NCBI GenBank assembly: GCA_012521815.1
Contig: JAAYLR010000141.1
Location: 414-64,413, forward strand
Direction of reading: 5' to 3'
DNA length: 64,000 nt
Source: Acidobacteriota bacterium
GTDB taxonomy: Bacteria > Acidobacteriota > Thermoanaerobaculia > Multivoradales > JAGPDF01
The position numbers were made by a program, and so were the translations under genes. Shown here in pieces: positions 26,640 to 36,891 of this stretch. Position 1 is the first letter of the stretch; the number at the start of each line of letters is the position of its first letter. A model generated the notes under the pieces. The model searched no databases. It saw nothing but the letters and a program-made list of their open reading frames with translations, and was not told the DNA's origin.

Positions 26640-28838
26640 GTGACCATCGACCCGCTCTCCCCCGCGAGCTTCGTCAACGAACTCGGCCTCGCCTGGAAGC
26701 AGCTCTGGATCTACCCTCCCGGCCATCCGGCGCGGGCGGGCTCGGTGGAACGCGCCTACCGCGCGCTCGCGCGCCTGCTCGGCCCCACCGGGCTGTTCGC
26801 GCTCGGCGTCGAGCGCGACGCCTTCGTCTGCGGACAGGAGCGCAACGACAGCCCGAGCGCCCAGCGCCTCGCCGGCCAGCTCTTCGGCCGCAACGTCGCG
26901 GTGGTCTCGTTCGCGGACGGGATCGACGTCGCCGAGCTCGAGCGCTTCCTCAACCTGATCAACCCCGACCCGGGCCAGACCCGCAGCAGCCGGTTCTGGG
27001 AGGAGATGGACGCCCTCGGCTGCCCGCACGTGACGCTGCAGCCGGTCGACTACTCCGGTCTCGAGCTGACCGATGACCTCACGGAGCCCGAGCCCGCGAA
27101 GAAGGAGGCTCCGCCGAAACCGGGCGACCTCTGGCAGGAGATCCTCGAGCAGCTGCTCGCCGGCCGGAAGCTCGGCGCCGAGGGCCTGAGCGGCGCCGCG
27201 GCGACGCTGGCCGAGGTCATCAGCGTGATCGAGAAGCTGCTCGAGGCGGCGCTCGCCTCCGGGGCGATCCGGGGCGAGGTGCCGCTGAGCGAAGAGCAGG
27301 CGGCCGTCCGGGCCAGGGCGACGATCAACTCGCTCGCCGAGCAGATCGCGGCGGTGGTGGCACGCCATCTCGACCTCATCGGCCCCGAAGCGTTCGCCGC
27401 CGAGCTCCTGCAGATCGCCCATCTCCTGCGGGCGCTGCCGGCCGAGCTGCGGCCGCCGATCCTCGACGCCGTGCTCCGGCGGGTCGTCGCGCTCGCCGAA
27501 CCCGCCGACGCGCTCGGCCTGCTCGCCGCCTCCACCTCGGCCGCCGAGGTGCTCGCCTCGACGCGCCGGCTCGCCAGCCGGGGACTGCGCCTCACCGACA
27601 CCGTCCTGCAGACGCTCGAAGCGCTCTTCCTCCGGACGGCTCCTCCCGGTCCCGCCCCGGCGACCGGGGCCGACGCGGTCGCCCGCCTCTTCGCGCTCGG
27701 CGACATCGAGGGGCCGCTTCCCGGCGGTGCCGGGGAGCGCTTCCTCCTCGCGCTGCCCCAGCGCCGCGATCCGCTGACCGCCCCCCTGCCCGAGCTGGAG
27801 AAGCGGCAGCGCAGCCTCGGCGCCGCCGAGCGGGAGGACGCCCTCGCCGAGACGCTGCTCCAGCTCGCCTTCACGGCCACGGCGGGCGACCGCGCGGCGG
27901 CGCTCGCCAACCGGCTCGAAGCGCTCTTCCGGGGCCTGCTGCGCGCCGGCCGCCTGGAGGCCGCCGAGGGGATCGTGGCCGCCGTGGCCGCCGCCGGGCA
28001 CTCCGGCCGCGACGAGGCGCGACAGCGCCGGGCCGGGCGGCTCGCCGAGCAGCTCGCCGGGCCGGGCGCCATGGCGGCGCTCGCCGAGCTGATCGGGCAG
28101 CTGCCGGCCGAGGAGCGCGAACGGCCACTGCGGCTGGTGCGCGCGCTCGGCGATCCGGCGATCGCGCAGCTGCTCGACCAGCTCTCCGCGGAGCAGGATC
28201 TGACCCGGCGCCGGCACCTCTTCGACTTCCTCGTCGGCCTCGGCCCGGCGCTGACGCCCCACGCCGTGCGCCTGCTCGACGACCCCCGCTGGTTCGTCGT
28301 CCGCAACATGCTGGCCCTCCTCTGCGAGACCGGCGACCGGAGCCAGGCCGCCGCGATCCGCAACGCGGCGCTCCACGCCGACGCGCGGGTGCGGCTGGAG
28401 GCGGTCCGGGCGCTCGCCGCGCTCGACCCGCAGCTCCCCGCCGCGCTCGTCGACCGCCTGCTCGCCGACCCGGACTCCCGGGTCGCCGAGTTCGCGGCGC
28501 GCACCCTCGCCGCCCGCACCCGCCACGGGCGCGACACCCTGGTGGCGCTCCTGCGGCGCCGCGACCTGTTCGGCCGCCAGCGCGCCCGCCGCCTCCAGGC
28601 GCTGCGCACGCTCGGCGCCCTCGGCGACCCGGAGGTCCTGCCGCTCCTGCGGCGCTCCTTCCGCGGCGGCCTCTTCGGGGTGAGCGTCGAGGAGCGCCGC
28701 GTCGCCTACGCAGCGCTCGCGGGCTACCCCCCCGCCGCGCGCCGGCCCTGGCTCGAACAGGGGCGCCGGAGCGGCGACACCGAGATCCGTCGTACCTGCG
28801 AACAGCTGCTCGCCACGTCCGAGGAGGTGTCCTCGTGA
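26640..28838 (+). CDS. HEAT-repeat protein with a conserved N-terminal IYPxxHP module
   Basis: GTG start with GAGGAAG RBS; 732 aa. C-terminal HEAT/PBS-lyase-like repeats (DPRWFVVRNMLALLCETGDR, DARVRLEAVRALAALD, DPDSRVAEFAARTLAA). N-terminal ~60 aa are homologous to the N-terminus of the next gene. Confidence 0.7.
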   Translation: MTIDPLSPASFVNELGLAWKQLWIYPPGHPARAGSVERAYRALARLLGPTGLFALGVERDAFVCGQERNDSPSAQRLAGQLFGRNVAVVSFADGIDVAELERFLNLINPDPGQTRSSRFWEEMDALGCPHVTLQPVDYSGLELTDDLTEPEPAKKEAPPKPGDLWQEILEQLLAGRKLGAEGLSGAAATLAEVISVIEKLLEAALASGAIRGEVPLSEEQAAVRARATINSLAEQIAAVVARHLDLIGPEAFAAELLQIAHLLRALPAELRPPILDAVLRRVVALAEPADALGLLAASTSAAEVLASTRRLASRGLRLTDTVLQTLEALFLRTAPPGPAPATGADAVARLFALGDIEGPLPGGAGERFLLALPQRRDPLTAPLPELEKRQRSLGAAEREDALAETLLQLAFTATAGDRAAALANRLEALFRGLLRAGRLEAAEGIVAAVAAAGHSGRDEARQRRAGRLAEQLAGPGAMAALAELIGQLPAEERERPLRLVRALGDPAIAQLLDQLSAEQDLTRRRHLFDFLVGLGPALTPHAVRLLDDPRWFVVRNMLALLCETGDRSQAAAIRNAALHADARVRLEAVRALAALDPQLPAALVDRLLADPDSRVAEFAARTLAARTRHGRDTLVALLRRRDLFGRQRARRLQALRTLGALGDPEVLPLLRRSFRGGLFGVSVEERRVAYAALAGYPPAARRPWLEQGRRSGDTEIRRTCEQLLATSEEVSS

Positions 28839-29986
28839 GTCTCCAGGCGGTACAGGCGATCCTCGCCGCGCTCACCACCGGCATCACCACGCGGGCGATC
28901 TACCCGCGCAACCACCCCCGCGTCCGGCAGGCCGCGGCCGACCTGATCACCGTCTTCGGCGAGACGCTGCGAGCGGTCGGCAAAGAGGAGCTGACGATCC
29001 TCGTGGTCGGCGACGAGCTGGTGGTCGACGACCGGCCGATGCGCCAGGCCGCGCTCTTCCAGGAGAGCCTCCTGCGCGGGCTCCAGCGGCGCAGCGTCGA
29101 ACGGCTCACCCTCGGCGCCGGCCTCGCCCCGGAAGAGGCGGCGGCGCTGCTCGACGGGCTCTCCGGCGCCGGCGAGCTCGCCAACTCCCCCCACGTCACC
29201 CTCGGCCGGGTGCGGCTCGGCTACGGCGAAGAGGACGACGGCATCGCCGCCGACGACGGCCCCGAGGAGCCCGACGCCGAGCCGGAGCAGAAGGGCCTCC
29301 AGGAGAGCGACATCGAAGCCGTCCGCGCGGCGTTCGCGCTCTTCGCGACCGATCGGGCGGAAAGCATCCGGCGCCTCCGGCAGCTCCTGCCCGAGCTGGT
29401 CGTGAAACTGGCCCGGATGCGCCGCACCTTCTATCTCCTCCCGGCGGCCGAAGAGCCCGACGAGCGCCTCTCCGTCCACTCGGTCAACGTCGCCCTGCTC
29501 GCGATCGTCTTCGGTCAGGCCCTCGGCTTCGACGAGGCGCTGCTCGCCGAGCTCGGCTTCGCGGCGCTCTTCCACGACATCGGCAAGCTCGAGCTGCCCG
29601 CCGAGCTCCGGCGGCCGGGGCGCCCCCTGAGCCCGTCCGAACGGGCGCTCTTCGAACGCCACCCCGAGCTCGGCGCGGCCACGCTCGCCACCACCGAGGA
29701 GGCGGGTACGCTCAGCGTCGTCGTCGCCTACGAACACCACCTGCGCTGGGACGGCGAGCCCTCCTACCCGCCGCGCCAGGCGCCGGCGCGCGCCCCCGGC
29801 CTCGCGAGCCAGCTCACCGCGGTGGTGGATCTCTGGGACGTGGCGCTGGCGCTCGCGCCGGCGCCCGGTGCCGCTGCCCGGGCGTACGCGCGGGAGGCGC
29901 TGGTGGCGGCGGCGGGAACCCGCCTCGATCCGTGGCTCGCCGGCCGCTTCCTCAGCCTCGTCTCCGGCCCCGGAGCGCCACCCTGA
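28835..29986 (+). CDS. HD-GYP-like phosphohydrolase domain protein (degenerate GYP: HHLRWDGEPSYP)
   Basis: GTG start overlapping the upstream stop (GTGA). HD motif at FHDIGK; HHLRWDGEPSYP replaces the canonical HHExxDGxGYP. Its N-terminal IYPRNHPRVRQ...LTILVVGDELVVDDRP module is shared with the upstream gene. Confidence 0.8.
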   Translation: MSLQAVQAILAALTTGITTRAIYPRNHPRVRQAAADLITVFGETLRAVGKEELTILVVGDELVVDDRPMRQAALFQESLLRGLQRRSVERLTLGAGLAPEEAAALLDGLSGAGELANSPHVTLGRVRLGYGEEDDGIAADDGPEEPDAEPEQKGLQESDIEAVRAAFALFATDRAESIRRLRQLLPELVVKLARMRRTFYLLPAAEEPDERLSVHSVNVALLAIVFGQALGFDEALLAELGFAALFHDIGKLELPAELRRPGRPLSPSERALFERHPELGAATLATTEEAGTLSVVVAYEHHLRWDGEPSYPPRQAPARAPGLASQLTAVVDLWDVALALAPAPGAAARAYAREALVAAAGTRLDPWLAGRFLSLVSGPGAPP

Positions 29987-30031
29987 GCGGGTGACCGGGC
30001 CGCTCCCGCGGCCCCGCCGGCGGCGCGCCCG

Positions 30032-31315
30032 TCATTCGTCCGGGCGCTGCTTCTCCCGGTTCCGCAGGAGCTCGCCGAGCGTTCCGAAACCGCCCCGCTC
30101 GCGCGCCAGATGGGCCCGCCACTCGGCCTCCTCGCCGGTCCCGGCGTGGCGGGTTCCGAGCAGGGTGAGCGAGAGGCGACGGCGCGTCTCGTCCACGTCG
30201 GCGACCCGCACCACGAGGTCCTCGCCGAGCTGGAGCGCTTCGCGCGCGTGGTTGAGCCGGCGGCCCTCGCCGAGCTCGCTGACGTGGACGAGCCCCTCGA
30301 GACCGGGCGCCACCTCCACGAACGCGCCGAACGATTCGAGGCGCATCACCCGGCCCGGGTGCTCGCTGCCGACGGGGAAGCGCAGCGCCGCATCCTTCCA
30401 GGGATCGCGCTGCAGCGCCTTGATCGAGAGCGCGATCCGCTCCTCCCGCCGCCCCTCGCGCGGCGGCTCGATGCGCAGCACCTGCACCTCGACCTCGTCG
30501 CCCACCGCGAGGACGTCCTCCACGGACGCGACCCGGGTATGGCCGAGCTCGCTCGTGTGGATCATCCCCTCGATCCCCCCGAGGTCGACGAACGCCCCGT
30601 AGCTGGCGAGCGAGGTGACCCGGCCGCGCACCACCGCCCCCGGCGCCAGGGTGGCGCGCACCGCCGCGGCGCGCTCGCGCGCCTCCCGTTCGAGCAGCTC
30701 GCGGCGCGAGACGACCACGTTGGCGGAACGCCCCCGGCCCCCCTCCTCGACGCGGGTGACGAGGAAGGCGAGACGCTGGCCGACGAGCGCCTCCGGCTCG
30801 GCGACCGGCCGGGCCGCGATCTGCGAGACCGGACAGAACGCCCGCTGCCCCGCGAGCTCGACCTCGAAGCCGCCCTTCACCACCCCCCGGATAATCCCCT
30901 CTACCGGCAGGCCCATCTCCTTCGCCTGCCGCAGCTCCGGACCGACCTCGCCCGGGCGTCCGCCCCCCCGGCGGCGCAGGAGGAAGGCCCGCGAGCCCGG
31001 ATCGCGGCCGACCACCACGGCCACGAGGGGATCGCCCACGCTCACCGTGACCTCGCCGTCGAGATCCCGCACCTCGACGGTGTCGAGGATCCCCTCGAGG
31101 CCGCCGCCGAGGTCGAGGAAGACCGTCTCCGCGCCCACCGCAAGCACCTTCCCCTCCACCCGCTCGCCGGGCGCGGGCTCGCGCGGGCCTCCGGGAGCGG
31201 GGCCGGAGTCGGAAGCGGCCAGGAGGCGCTCGAACTCCGCGCGCTCCGGATCGCCCGGCTGGTCGGGATCATCGAGGAAGGCGGGACGGGAGGGGCGGCG
31301 GGGACGGGAGCTCAT
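30032..31315 (-). CDS. S1 RNA-binding domain protein (four tandem S1 domains, RpsA-like)
   Basis: 427 aa from MSSRPRRPSRP. Four S1-like modules (GERVEGKV..., GLPVEGIIRGVVKGGFEVEL, GAVVRGRVTSLASYGAFVDL, HPGRVMRLESFGAFVEV). The upstream part of the track ORF (821 aa) is shadow. Confidence 0.8.
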   Translation of the reverse strand: MSSRPRRPSRPAFLDDPDQPGDPERAEFERLLAASDSGPAPGGPREPAPGERVEGKVLAVGAETVFLDLGGGLEGILDTVEVRDLDGEVTVSVGDPLVAVVVGRDPGSRAFLLRRRGGGRPGEVGPELRQAKEMGLPVEGIIRGVVKGGFEVELAGQRAFCPVSQIAARPVAEPEALVGQRLAFLVTRVEEGGRGRSANVVVSRRELLEREARERAAAVRATLAPGAVVRGRVTSLASYGAFVDLGGIEGMIHTSELGHTRVASVEDVLAVGDEVEVQVLRIEPPREGRREERIALSIKALQRDPWKDAALRFPVGSEHPGRVMRLESFGAFVEVAPGLEGLVHVSELGEGRRLNHAREALQLGEDLVVRVADVDETRRRLSLTLLGTRHAGTGEEAEWRAHLARERGGFGTLGELLRNREKQRPDE

Positions 31316-31435
31316 GCGCCGGAGTCTAGCCCGCCCGCGCCCTCCCGGCCCGCTTGCCGACGCCCGCGGGGGAGGGCTACCATCGGCGGCGCGCGGCCGG
31401 GTCGCCGGCTGCAGACCGCCCCCTGGGAGGGACCC

Positions 31436-32389
31436 ATGAAGCGCATCCTCGTGACCGGCGCGCTCGGTCAGATCGGTTCCGAGCTCGTCCCGGCGCTGGC
31501 CGCCCGTTTCGGCTCCGACGCCATCGTCGCCTCCGACATCCGCCTGCCCCCCGCGGGCCAGTCCGGCCCGCTCGGCCACTTCGAGTTCCTCGACTCGACC
31601 AACCTGCGGCAGATCCAGGATCTCGTGCGCCGCTACGACGTGGGGACGATCTACCACCTCGCGGCCCTGCTCTCGGCGTCGGCCGAGGAGAAGCCCCACG
31701 TCGCCTGGGAGCTGAACATGGGCGGGCTCTACAAGATCCTCGAGGTCGCCCGGGCCCACCGTTGCAAGGTCTTCTTCCCGAGCTCGATCGGCGCCTTCGG
31801 TCCCGGCACCCCGAAGGAGCGCACGCCGCAGGAGACCCTCCAGCGGCCGACGACGATCTACGGCGTCACCAAGGTCGCCGGCGAGCTGCTCTGCGACTAC
31901 TACCACCAGCGCTTCGACCTCGACACCCGCGGCCTGCGCTTCCCGGGGCTGATCTCCTACGTCGCCCCGCCCGGCGGCGGCACCACCGACTACGCGGTGG
32001 CGATCTTCTACGACGCCCTCCGCCACGGCCGCTACACCTGCTTCCTCGGGCCCGACACCCGGCTCGACATGATGTACATGCCCGACGCGGTCAGCGCGCT
32101 CATCGAGCTGATGGCCGCCGACCCGCAGCGGCTCGTGCATCGCAACGCCTTCAACGTCACCGCGATGAACTTCACCCCCGCGGAGCTGGCGGCCGAGATC
32201 CGGAAGCACCTGCCCGATTTCCGCATCGACTACGAGATCGACCCCATCCGGCAGGCGATCGCCGACTCGTGGCCGGACTCGCTCGACGACTCCGCGGCGC
32301 GGGAGGAGTGGGGCTGGAAGCCGGTCTACGACCTGCCCACGATGGTGGCCGACATGCTCGACAAGCTCCGCGCCAAGCTCCGTCTCTGA
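31436..32389 (+). CDS. tdh: L-threonine 3-dehydrogenase (NAD-dependent epimerase/dehydratase-fold type)
   Basis: MKRILVTGALGQIGSELV...YHLAALLSA...NMGGLYKILE...TIYGVTKVAGELL; GGGAGG RBS; directly followed by kbl. Confidence 0.9.
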   Translation: MKRILVTGALGQIGSELVPALAARFGSDAIVASDIRLPPAGQSGPLGHFEFLDSTNLRQIQDLVRRYDVGTIYHLAALLSASAEEKPHVAWELNMGGLYKILEVARAHRCKVFFPSSIGAFGPGTPKERTPQETLQRPTTIYGVTKVAGELLCDYYHQRFDLDTRGLRFPGLISYVAPPGGGTTDYAVAIFYDALRHGRYTCFLGPDTRLDMMYMPDAVSALIELMAADPQRLVHRNAFNVTAMNFTPAELAAEIRKHLPDFRIDYEIDPIRQAIADSWPDSLDDSAAREEWGWKPVYDLPTMVADMLDKLRAKLRL

Positions 32390-32405
32390 TCCAGGAGATC
32401 CGACC

Positions 32406-33644
32406 GTGCCCACCGACCGCCTGCACGAAACGCTCGCCCAGGAGATCCACGCCGTCGACGCCCGGGGCGCGAGCAAACGGCGCGAGCCCGTGATCACCGG
32501 CGTGCTCCCCGCCCAGGACGGCTTCGGCCCCCGCTACCTGCTCGCCGGGGAGGGATCGCAGCCGTTCCTGAAGATGAACTCCAACAACTACCTCGGCATG
32601 GCGCTGCGGGCCGAGCTCGCCGCCGCCGCCGAGGGCGCCGGCCGGCTCTACGGCGCCGGACCCGGCGCGGTCCGCTTCATCAGCGGCACCTGCGCCCCCC
32701 ACGTCGAGCTCGAGGAGCGGCTCGCCGCCTTCCACGGCCGGGAAGCGGCGATGCTCTTCAGCGCCGCCTACTCCGCGATGATCGGCGTCATCGTGCCCCT
32801 GGTGAGCGCCGACACCGTGCTCGTCAGCGACGAGCTGAACCACAACTGCATCATCAACGCGATGCGCCTCGCCCGGCCGCGGGAGAAGTACGTCTACCGC
32901 CACCTCGACCTCGCCGAGCTCGACGAGCGCCTCACCATGGCCGCCGCGAGCGGCGCCCGCCGGGCGCTGGTGGTCACCGACGGCATCTTCAGCATGCGCG
33001 GCGACCACGCCCCCCTCGCCGAGATCGCCGCCCTCTGCCGCCGCCACGACGCCGCCTTCGCCGAGAACGTCGTCCTGCTCGTGGACGACTCGCACGGGGT
33101 GGGCGCCTGCGGCGCCACCGGCCGCGGCACCGAGGAGATCACCGGCTCGGAGCCGGCCGACATCCTCGTCGCCACCCTCGGCAAGGCGCTCGGGGTCAAC
33201 GGCGGCTACGTGGTCGGCAGCCGGGTGCTAGTCGATTTCCTGCGCGAGACCGCGCCGACCTACATCTACTCGAACCCGATCGGTGCGAGCGAGGCGGCGG
33301 CCGCGCTCGCCGCCCTCGACCTGCTCGACAGCCCGCGGGGGCGCGAGCTGCTCGCGCACCTGCGGGCGATGACCCGGCGCTTCGAGAAGGGACTCATCGA
33401 CCTCGGCCTCGAGACGATCCCGAGCGAACACCCGGTGGTCCCGCTGATGGTGCGCGACACGCCCCGGACGCTCGCCATCGTCGACCACCTGCGGGCGCAC
33501 GGGGTCCTCGCCACCGGGCTGAACTTCCCCGTGGTGCCGCGCGGCGACGAGGAGATCCGCTTCCAGGTGAGCGCCGACCACACCCCCGCCGACATCGACT
33601 ACGTCCTCGAGCAGCTCGGCCGGTTCGCGCCGGCGGCCGGCTGA
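32406..33644 (+). CDS. kbl: 2-amino-3-ketobutyrate CoA ligase (glycine C-acetyltransferase)
   Basis: GTG start, AGGAG RBS. Class-II aminotransferase fold with PLP-lysine ATLGKALG; paired with tdh. Confidence 0.9.
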   Translation: MPTDRLHETLAQEIHAVDARGASKRREPVITGVLPAQDGFGPRYLLAGEGSQPFLKMNSNNYLGMALRAELAAAAEGAGRLYGAGPGAVRFISGTCAPHVELEERLAAFHGREAAMLFSAAYSAMIGVIVPLVSADTVLVSDELNHNCIINAMRLARPREKYVYRHLDLAELDERLTMAAASGARRALVVTDGIFSMRGDHAPLAEIAALCRRHDAAFAENVVLLVDDSHGVGACGATGRGTEEITGSEPADILVATLGKALGVNGGYVVGSRVLVDFLRETAPTYIYSNPIGASEAAAALAALDLLDSPRGRELLAHLRAMTRRFEKGLIDLGLETIPSEHPVVPLMVRDTPRTLAIVDHLRAHGVLATGLNFPVVPRGDEEIRFQVSADHTPADIDYVLEQLGRFAPAAG

Positions 33645-33653
33645 GCGGGGCGT

Positions 33654-34730
33654 TCAGGCCGCCGGCGCCTCGCCGGCCGGCGGCTCGTCGCCGCCGCGCA
33701 GCACGATCTCGAAGAGCGAGCGGGCGATCGCGACGACCACCGGCCCGACGAGGAAGCCGAGCACGCCGAACAGCTGCAGGCCGCCGAGCACCGCGAAGAA
33801 GATCGTCAGCTCGTGCATCCGCGCCCGCTCCCCCACCAGCCGCGGGCGCAGCAGGTTGTCGATCGATCCGATCACCAGCCCGCCCCAGAGCGCGAGCCCC
33901 AGCCCCTTGCCCCAGCTGCCGGTGAGCAGGAGCCAGAGCGCCACCGGCCCCCAGACCAGGGAGGCGCCGACGAGCGGGAGCATGGAGAGGATCGCCATCA
34001 CCGCCCCCCAGAGGATCGCGCCGGGGAGCCCGAGGACCGCAAAGGCGAGGCCGCCGAGCACCCCCTGGACGACCGCGATCACGAGGTTCCCGTTCACGCT
34101 CGCCTGGATGATCTCGCCGGTGCGGGCGACGATCCGTTCGGCATCCGCCCGGGGCAGCGGCAGCTGATCGGGCAGGCCGGTGCGGATCTCCTCCGCGTCC
34201 CGGAAGAGGTAGAAGAGGGTGAAGACGACGAGCGCGAGCTTCATCGTGGCGCCGAAGACCCCGCCGAGGACGTTGAAGGTGCCCTTGAGCGCCGTCTGGC
34301 TCAGGCGGCCGACGAGGTCGGCCACCTTCTCCGGGGCCACCTCGATCTCGAGCCCGGTCTTCTGCGCGAACCAGTCGAGCGCCTCCTGCACCCGGCCGCC
34401 GGCCAGCGGATCGGCGAGCAGCGGGCCGACCCGCTCCTGCGCGGTCTGCGCGAAATGGGCGAGCTCGGCGCCGACCGCCGCCCCCACGAACCCGACCGGG
34501 ATCAGGACGACGAGGATCACGAGCAGCACCGAGCAGAGCGCCGCGAGCGACGGCCGGCGGAGCCAGCGGGCGAGGCGCCGGTGCACGGGGAAGAAGAGGA
34601 GCACGAGCACCCCGGCCCAGACGAGCACCGAGAGGAACGGCTGGAGGATCTGGTAGGTGAGGTAGAGCGCGATCGCGCACGCCGCGAGCAGCAGCAGCCA
34701 GCGCGCCTGGCGCCCCCGTTCCGTGATCAT
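33654..34730 (-). CDS. AI-2E family transporter (PerM/TqsA-like)
   Basis: 358 aa from [11 protein letters not shown]; 8-TM pattern with the conserved ...SVNGNLVIAVVQGVLGG... and ...IDNLLRP... blocks. ATG overlaps the upstream peptidase stop (ATGA). Confidence 0.85.
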   Translation of the reverse strand: MITERGRQARWLLLLAACAIALYLTYQILQPFLSVLVWAGVLVLLFFPVHRRLARWLRRPSLAALCSVLLVILVVLIPVGFVGAAVGAELAHFAQTAQERVGPLLADPLAGGRVQEALDWFAQKTGLEIEVAPEKVADLVGRLSQTALKGTFNVLGGVFGATMKLALVVFTLFYLFRDAEEIRTGLPDQLPLPRADAERIVARTGEIIQASVNGNLVIAVVQGVLGGLAFAVLGLPGAILWGAVMAILSMLPLVGASLVWGPVALWLLLTGSWGKGLGLALWGGLVIGSIDNLLRPRLVGERARMHELTIFFAVLGGLQLFGVLGFLVGPVVVAIARSLFEIVLRGGDEPPAGEAPAA

Positions 34731-36799
34731 GGCCGGGCCGCGTCGGTTTCGAGACCGAGGACCGCCCGCACGTCCGGCTCCGCAGGCGGCATCCCCGCTG
34801 GGACGGGCCGGGCGAGGAAGTGTTCGAACCACTCCACGAGGCGGATCGAGAAATCGAGCTGCGAGGCGGCCCGGCGGTTGCCGTGCCCCTCGCCCGGATA
34901 CCAGACGAGGCGCACCGGCGCCTGGGCGAGCCGGCGCAGGTACCGGTAGAGCATCAGCGACTGGCTCGGGTGGACCCGCGGATCGCGGTCGCCGTGGGCG
35001 ATGAGCAGCGGGGTCCGGGAGCGGGCGACATGGAAGAGCGGGCTGCGCTCCCGCGCGAGATCGAACCGCTCGTGCGCCGCGTCGAGGAAGTGCACCTGCT
35101 CGTCCTCGACCGGGATGTCGGTCGTGCCCGCCTTCGAGGCGATCTCGCTGATCCCGACGAACATCACCCCGGCCGCGAAGCGGTCGCTGTAGCGGGTCGC
35201 CGCCCAGGCGGTGGCGTAGCCGCCGTAGGAGCCGCCGGTGATCCCCACCCGCTCCGGATCGGCGAGGCCGGTGGCGATCAGGTGATCGACGGCGTCGACG
35301 ACGTCGTCGAACTCGGCCCCCGCCGGATCCCCCTGGCCGGCCTTCGAGAAGGCGAGGCCCCGCCCGGTCGAGCCGCGATAGTTCGGGTAGAAGACCGCCA
35401 TCCCGCGGGCGGCGAGCACCTGCCCGGGGTTCGCGTACCGGCTCAGCCAGCCGTTGGCGAAATGCGCCTCCGGCCCGCCGTGGACGACGACCACGAGCGG
35501 CACCCGCTCCCCCGGCCGCCGGGCAAGCGGTTCGAGGAGCATCCCCTCGAGCGCGAGCCCGTCGCGGGCCGCAAAGCCGACGACGGTCTGCGGCGCGAGG
35601 CGCCGGGTGGCGAGCCACGGGTTCGAATCGGTGAGCCGCCGGGGAGCGGCCGCCCCGGGCTCCCAGAAGAAGACCTCGGCCGGGTGGGCGGAGCTCTCCC
35701 CCACGAGCGCGATCGCGCCGGTCGCGGCGCGATCGATCCCGCCCCAGACCTCCCCGCCCGCCGGCAGGAGCGGCTCCTGGCCGCCCGCGAGGTCGAACGC
35801 CACGACCTCGCTCCCCACCCCCCGGGCGACGATCGCCAGCAGGCGCTCCGGCCCGGCCCAGGTGAACTCCTGGACGTGGGCCGGAAAGTCGGCGGGGACG
35901 AGGTCGCGCGGAACGCCGCCCCGAGAGCCGGTGAACGCGAACCGGGCGGTGGACGGATCCTTCGGGTCGGCGGCGCCGATGAAGGCGAGGTGCGCCCCGT
36001 CGGGAGCGAGGCGGGCCGGACCGAGCTTGCCGCGGTTCTCGACCCGTCCCACCACCGTGCCCGGCGCCGGATCGATCAGGTGGAGCTGCCGGGCCATGTA
36101 GCCGTCGTCGACCGACGGCGTCGGCGCCACCGCGGCGAGGAGCCGCTCGCCGGCCCAGGAGAGCCCGGAGGCCGAGCCCGGCAGGTCGAGCTGGCGCGGC
36201 GCCGGGGCCTTCCCTTCGGCCGGCGGCGCGAGCTCGGCCACGAAGAGGCGGGTCTGGAGCCAGCTCTCCTCGAAGACGACCGCGTCGAACCCCTTCTCCC
36301 GCCGCTCCCGCTCGGCCGCCGGCGCCTTCTCCCGGGCGGTGAAGGCGACCTGCCGGCCGTCGCCGGCGAGCGCGTACTCCTCGATCCCCGTCTCGTGGCA
36401 GAGACGGCGCCGCGCCTCGCCGCCGTCGCGCGGGATCGACCAGAGGCAGGTGGCCTCGTCCCCCTGCCGCCGGGCGAGGAAGAGGATCTCCCGGCCGTCG
36501 GGGGTCCAGGCGAGGGAACGCACGTTCTCCCGGCCGGTCACGAACCCCCGGTCGGCCCCCAGCCGGTCGACGACGTGCAGCTCGCCCCAGGCCGGGCCGT
36601 CCTCCTCCTCCCAGGGGCGGCGGGGCACGCCGAGAACGTAGGCGACGAGCTCGCCGTCGGCGGAGACCGCGACCTCCCGCACCGACCGCAGGCGAGCGAT
36701 GTCGGCGAGCGAGAGCGGCTCCGGCGTGGCGGCCGGCAGCGCGGCGGCGAAAAGAGTGAGACCGAGCGCAGCGCAGACGAGGCGTACGGCAGCGGGCAT
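34727..36799 (-). CDS. secreted S9-family serine peptidase (prolyl oligopeptidase / acylaminoacyl-peptidase-like, beta-propeller + alpha/beta hydrolase)
   Basis: Signal peptide [24 protein letters not shown]. Catalytic Ser in [10 protein letters not shown]; the Asp/His parts are present ([13 protein letters not shown]). Confidence 0.85.
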   Translation of the reverse strand: MPAAVRLVCAALGLTLFAAALPAATPEPLSLADIARLRSVREVAVSADGELVAYVLGVPRRPWEEEDGPAWGELHVVDRLGADRGFVTGRENVRSLAWTPDGREILFLARRQGDEATCLWSIPRDGGEARRRLCHETGIEEYALAGDGRQVAFTAREKAPAAERERREKGFDAVVFEESWLQTRLFVAELAPPAEGKAPAPRQLDLPGSASGLSWAGERLLAAVAPTPSVDDGYMARQLHLIDPAPGTVVGRVENRGKLGPARLAPDGAHLAFIGAADPKDPSTARFAFTGSRGGVPRDLVPADFPAHVQEFTWAGPERLLAIVARGVGSEVVAFDLAGGQEPLLPAGGEVWGGIDRAATGAIALVGESSAHPAEVFFWEPGAAAPRRLTDSNPWLATRRLAPQTVVGFAARDGLALEGMLLEPLARRPGERVPLVVVVHGGPEAHFANGWLSRYANPGQVLAARGMAVFYPNYRGSTGRGLAFSKAGQGDPAGAEFDDVVDAVDHLIATGLADPERVGITGGSYGGYATAWAATRYSDRFAAGVMFVGISEIASKAGTTDIPVEDEQVHFLDAAHERFDLARERSPLFHVARSRTPLLIAHGDRDPRVHPSQSLMLYRYLRRLAQAPVRLVWYPGEGHGNRRAASQLDFSIRLVEWFEHFLARPVPAGMPPAEPDVRAVLGLETDAARP

Positions 36800-36891
36800 C
36801 GCGAGGCTCTCCGAGAGCCGGGCGCCGTTCAGCCGGGCCCGGTGCGGCGAATGCTAACGCGGGTCGGGCACCTTTCCGCCCGGCCCGGGGC

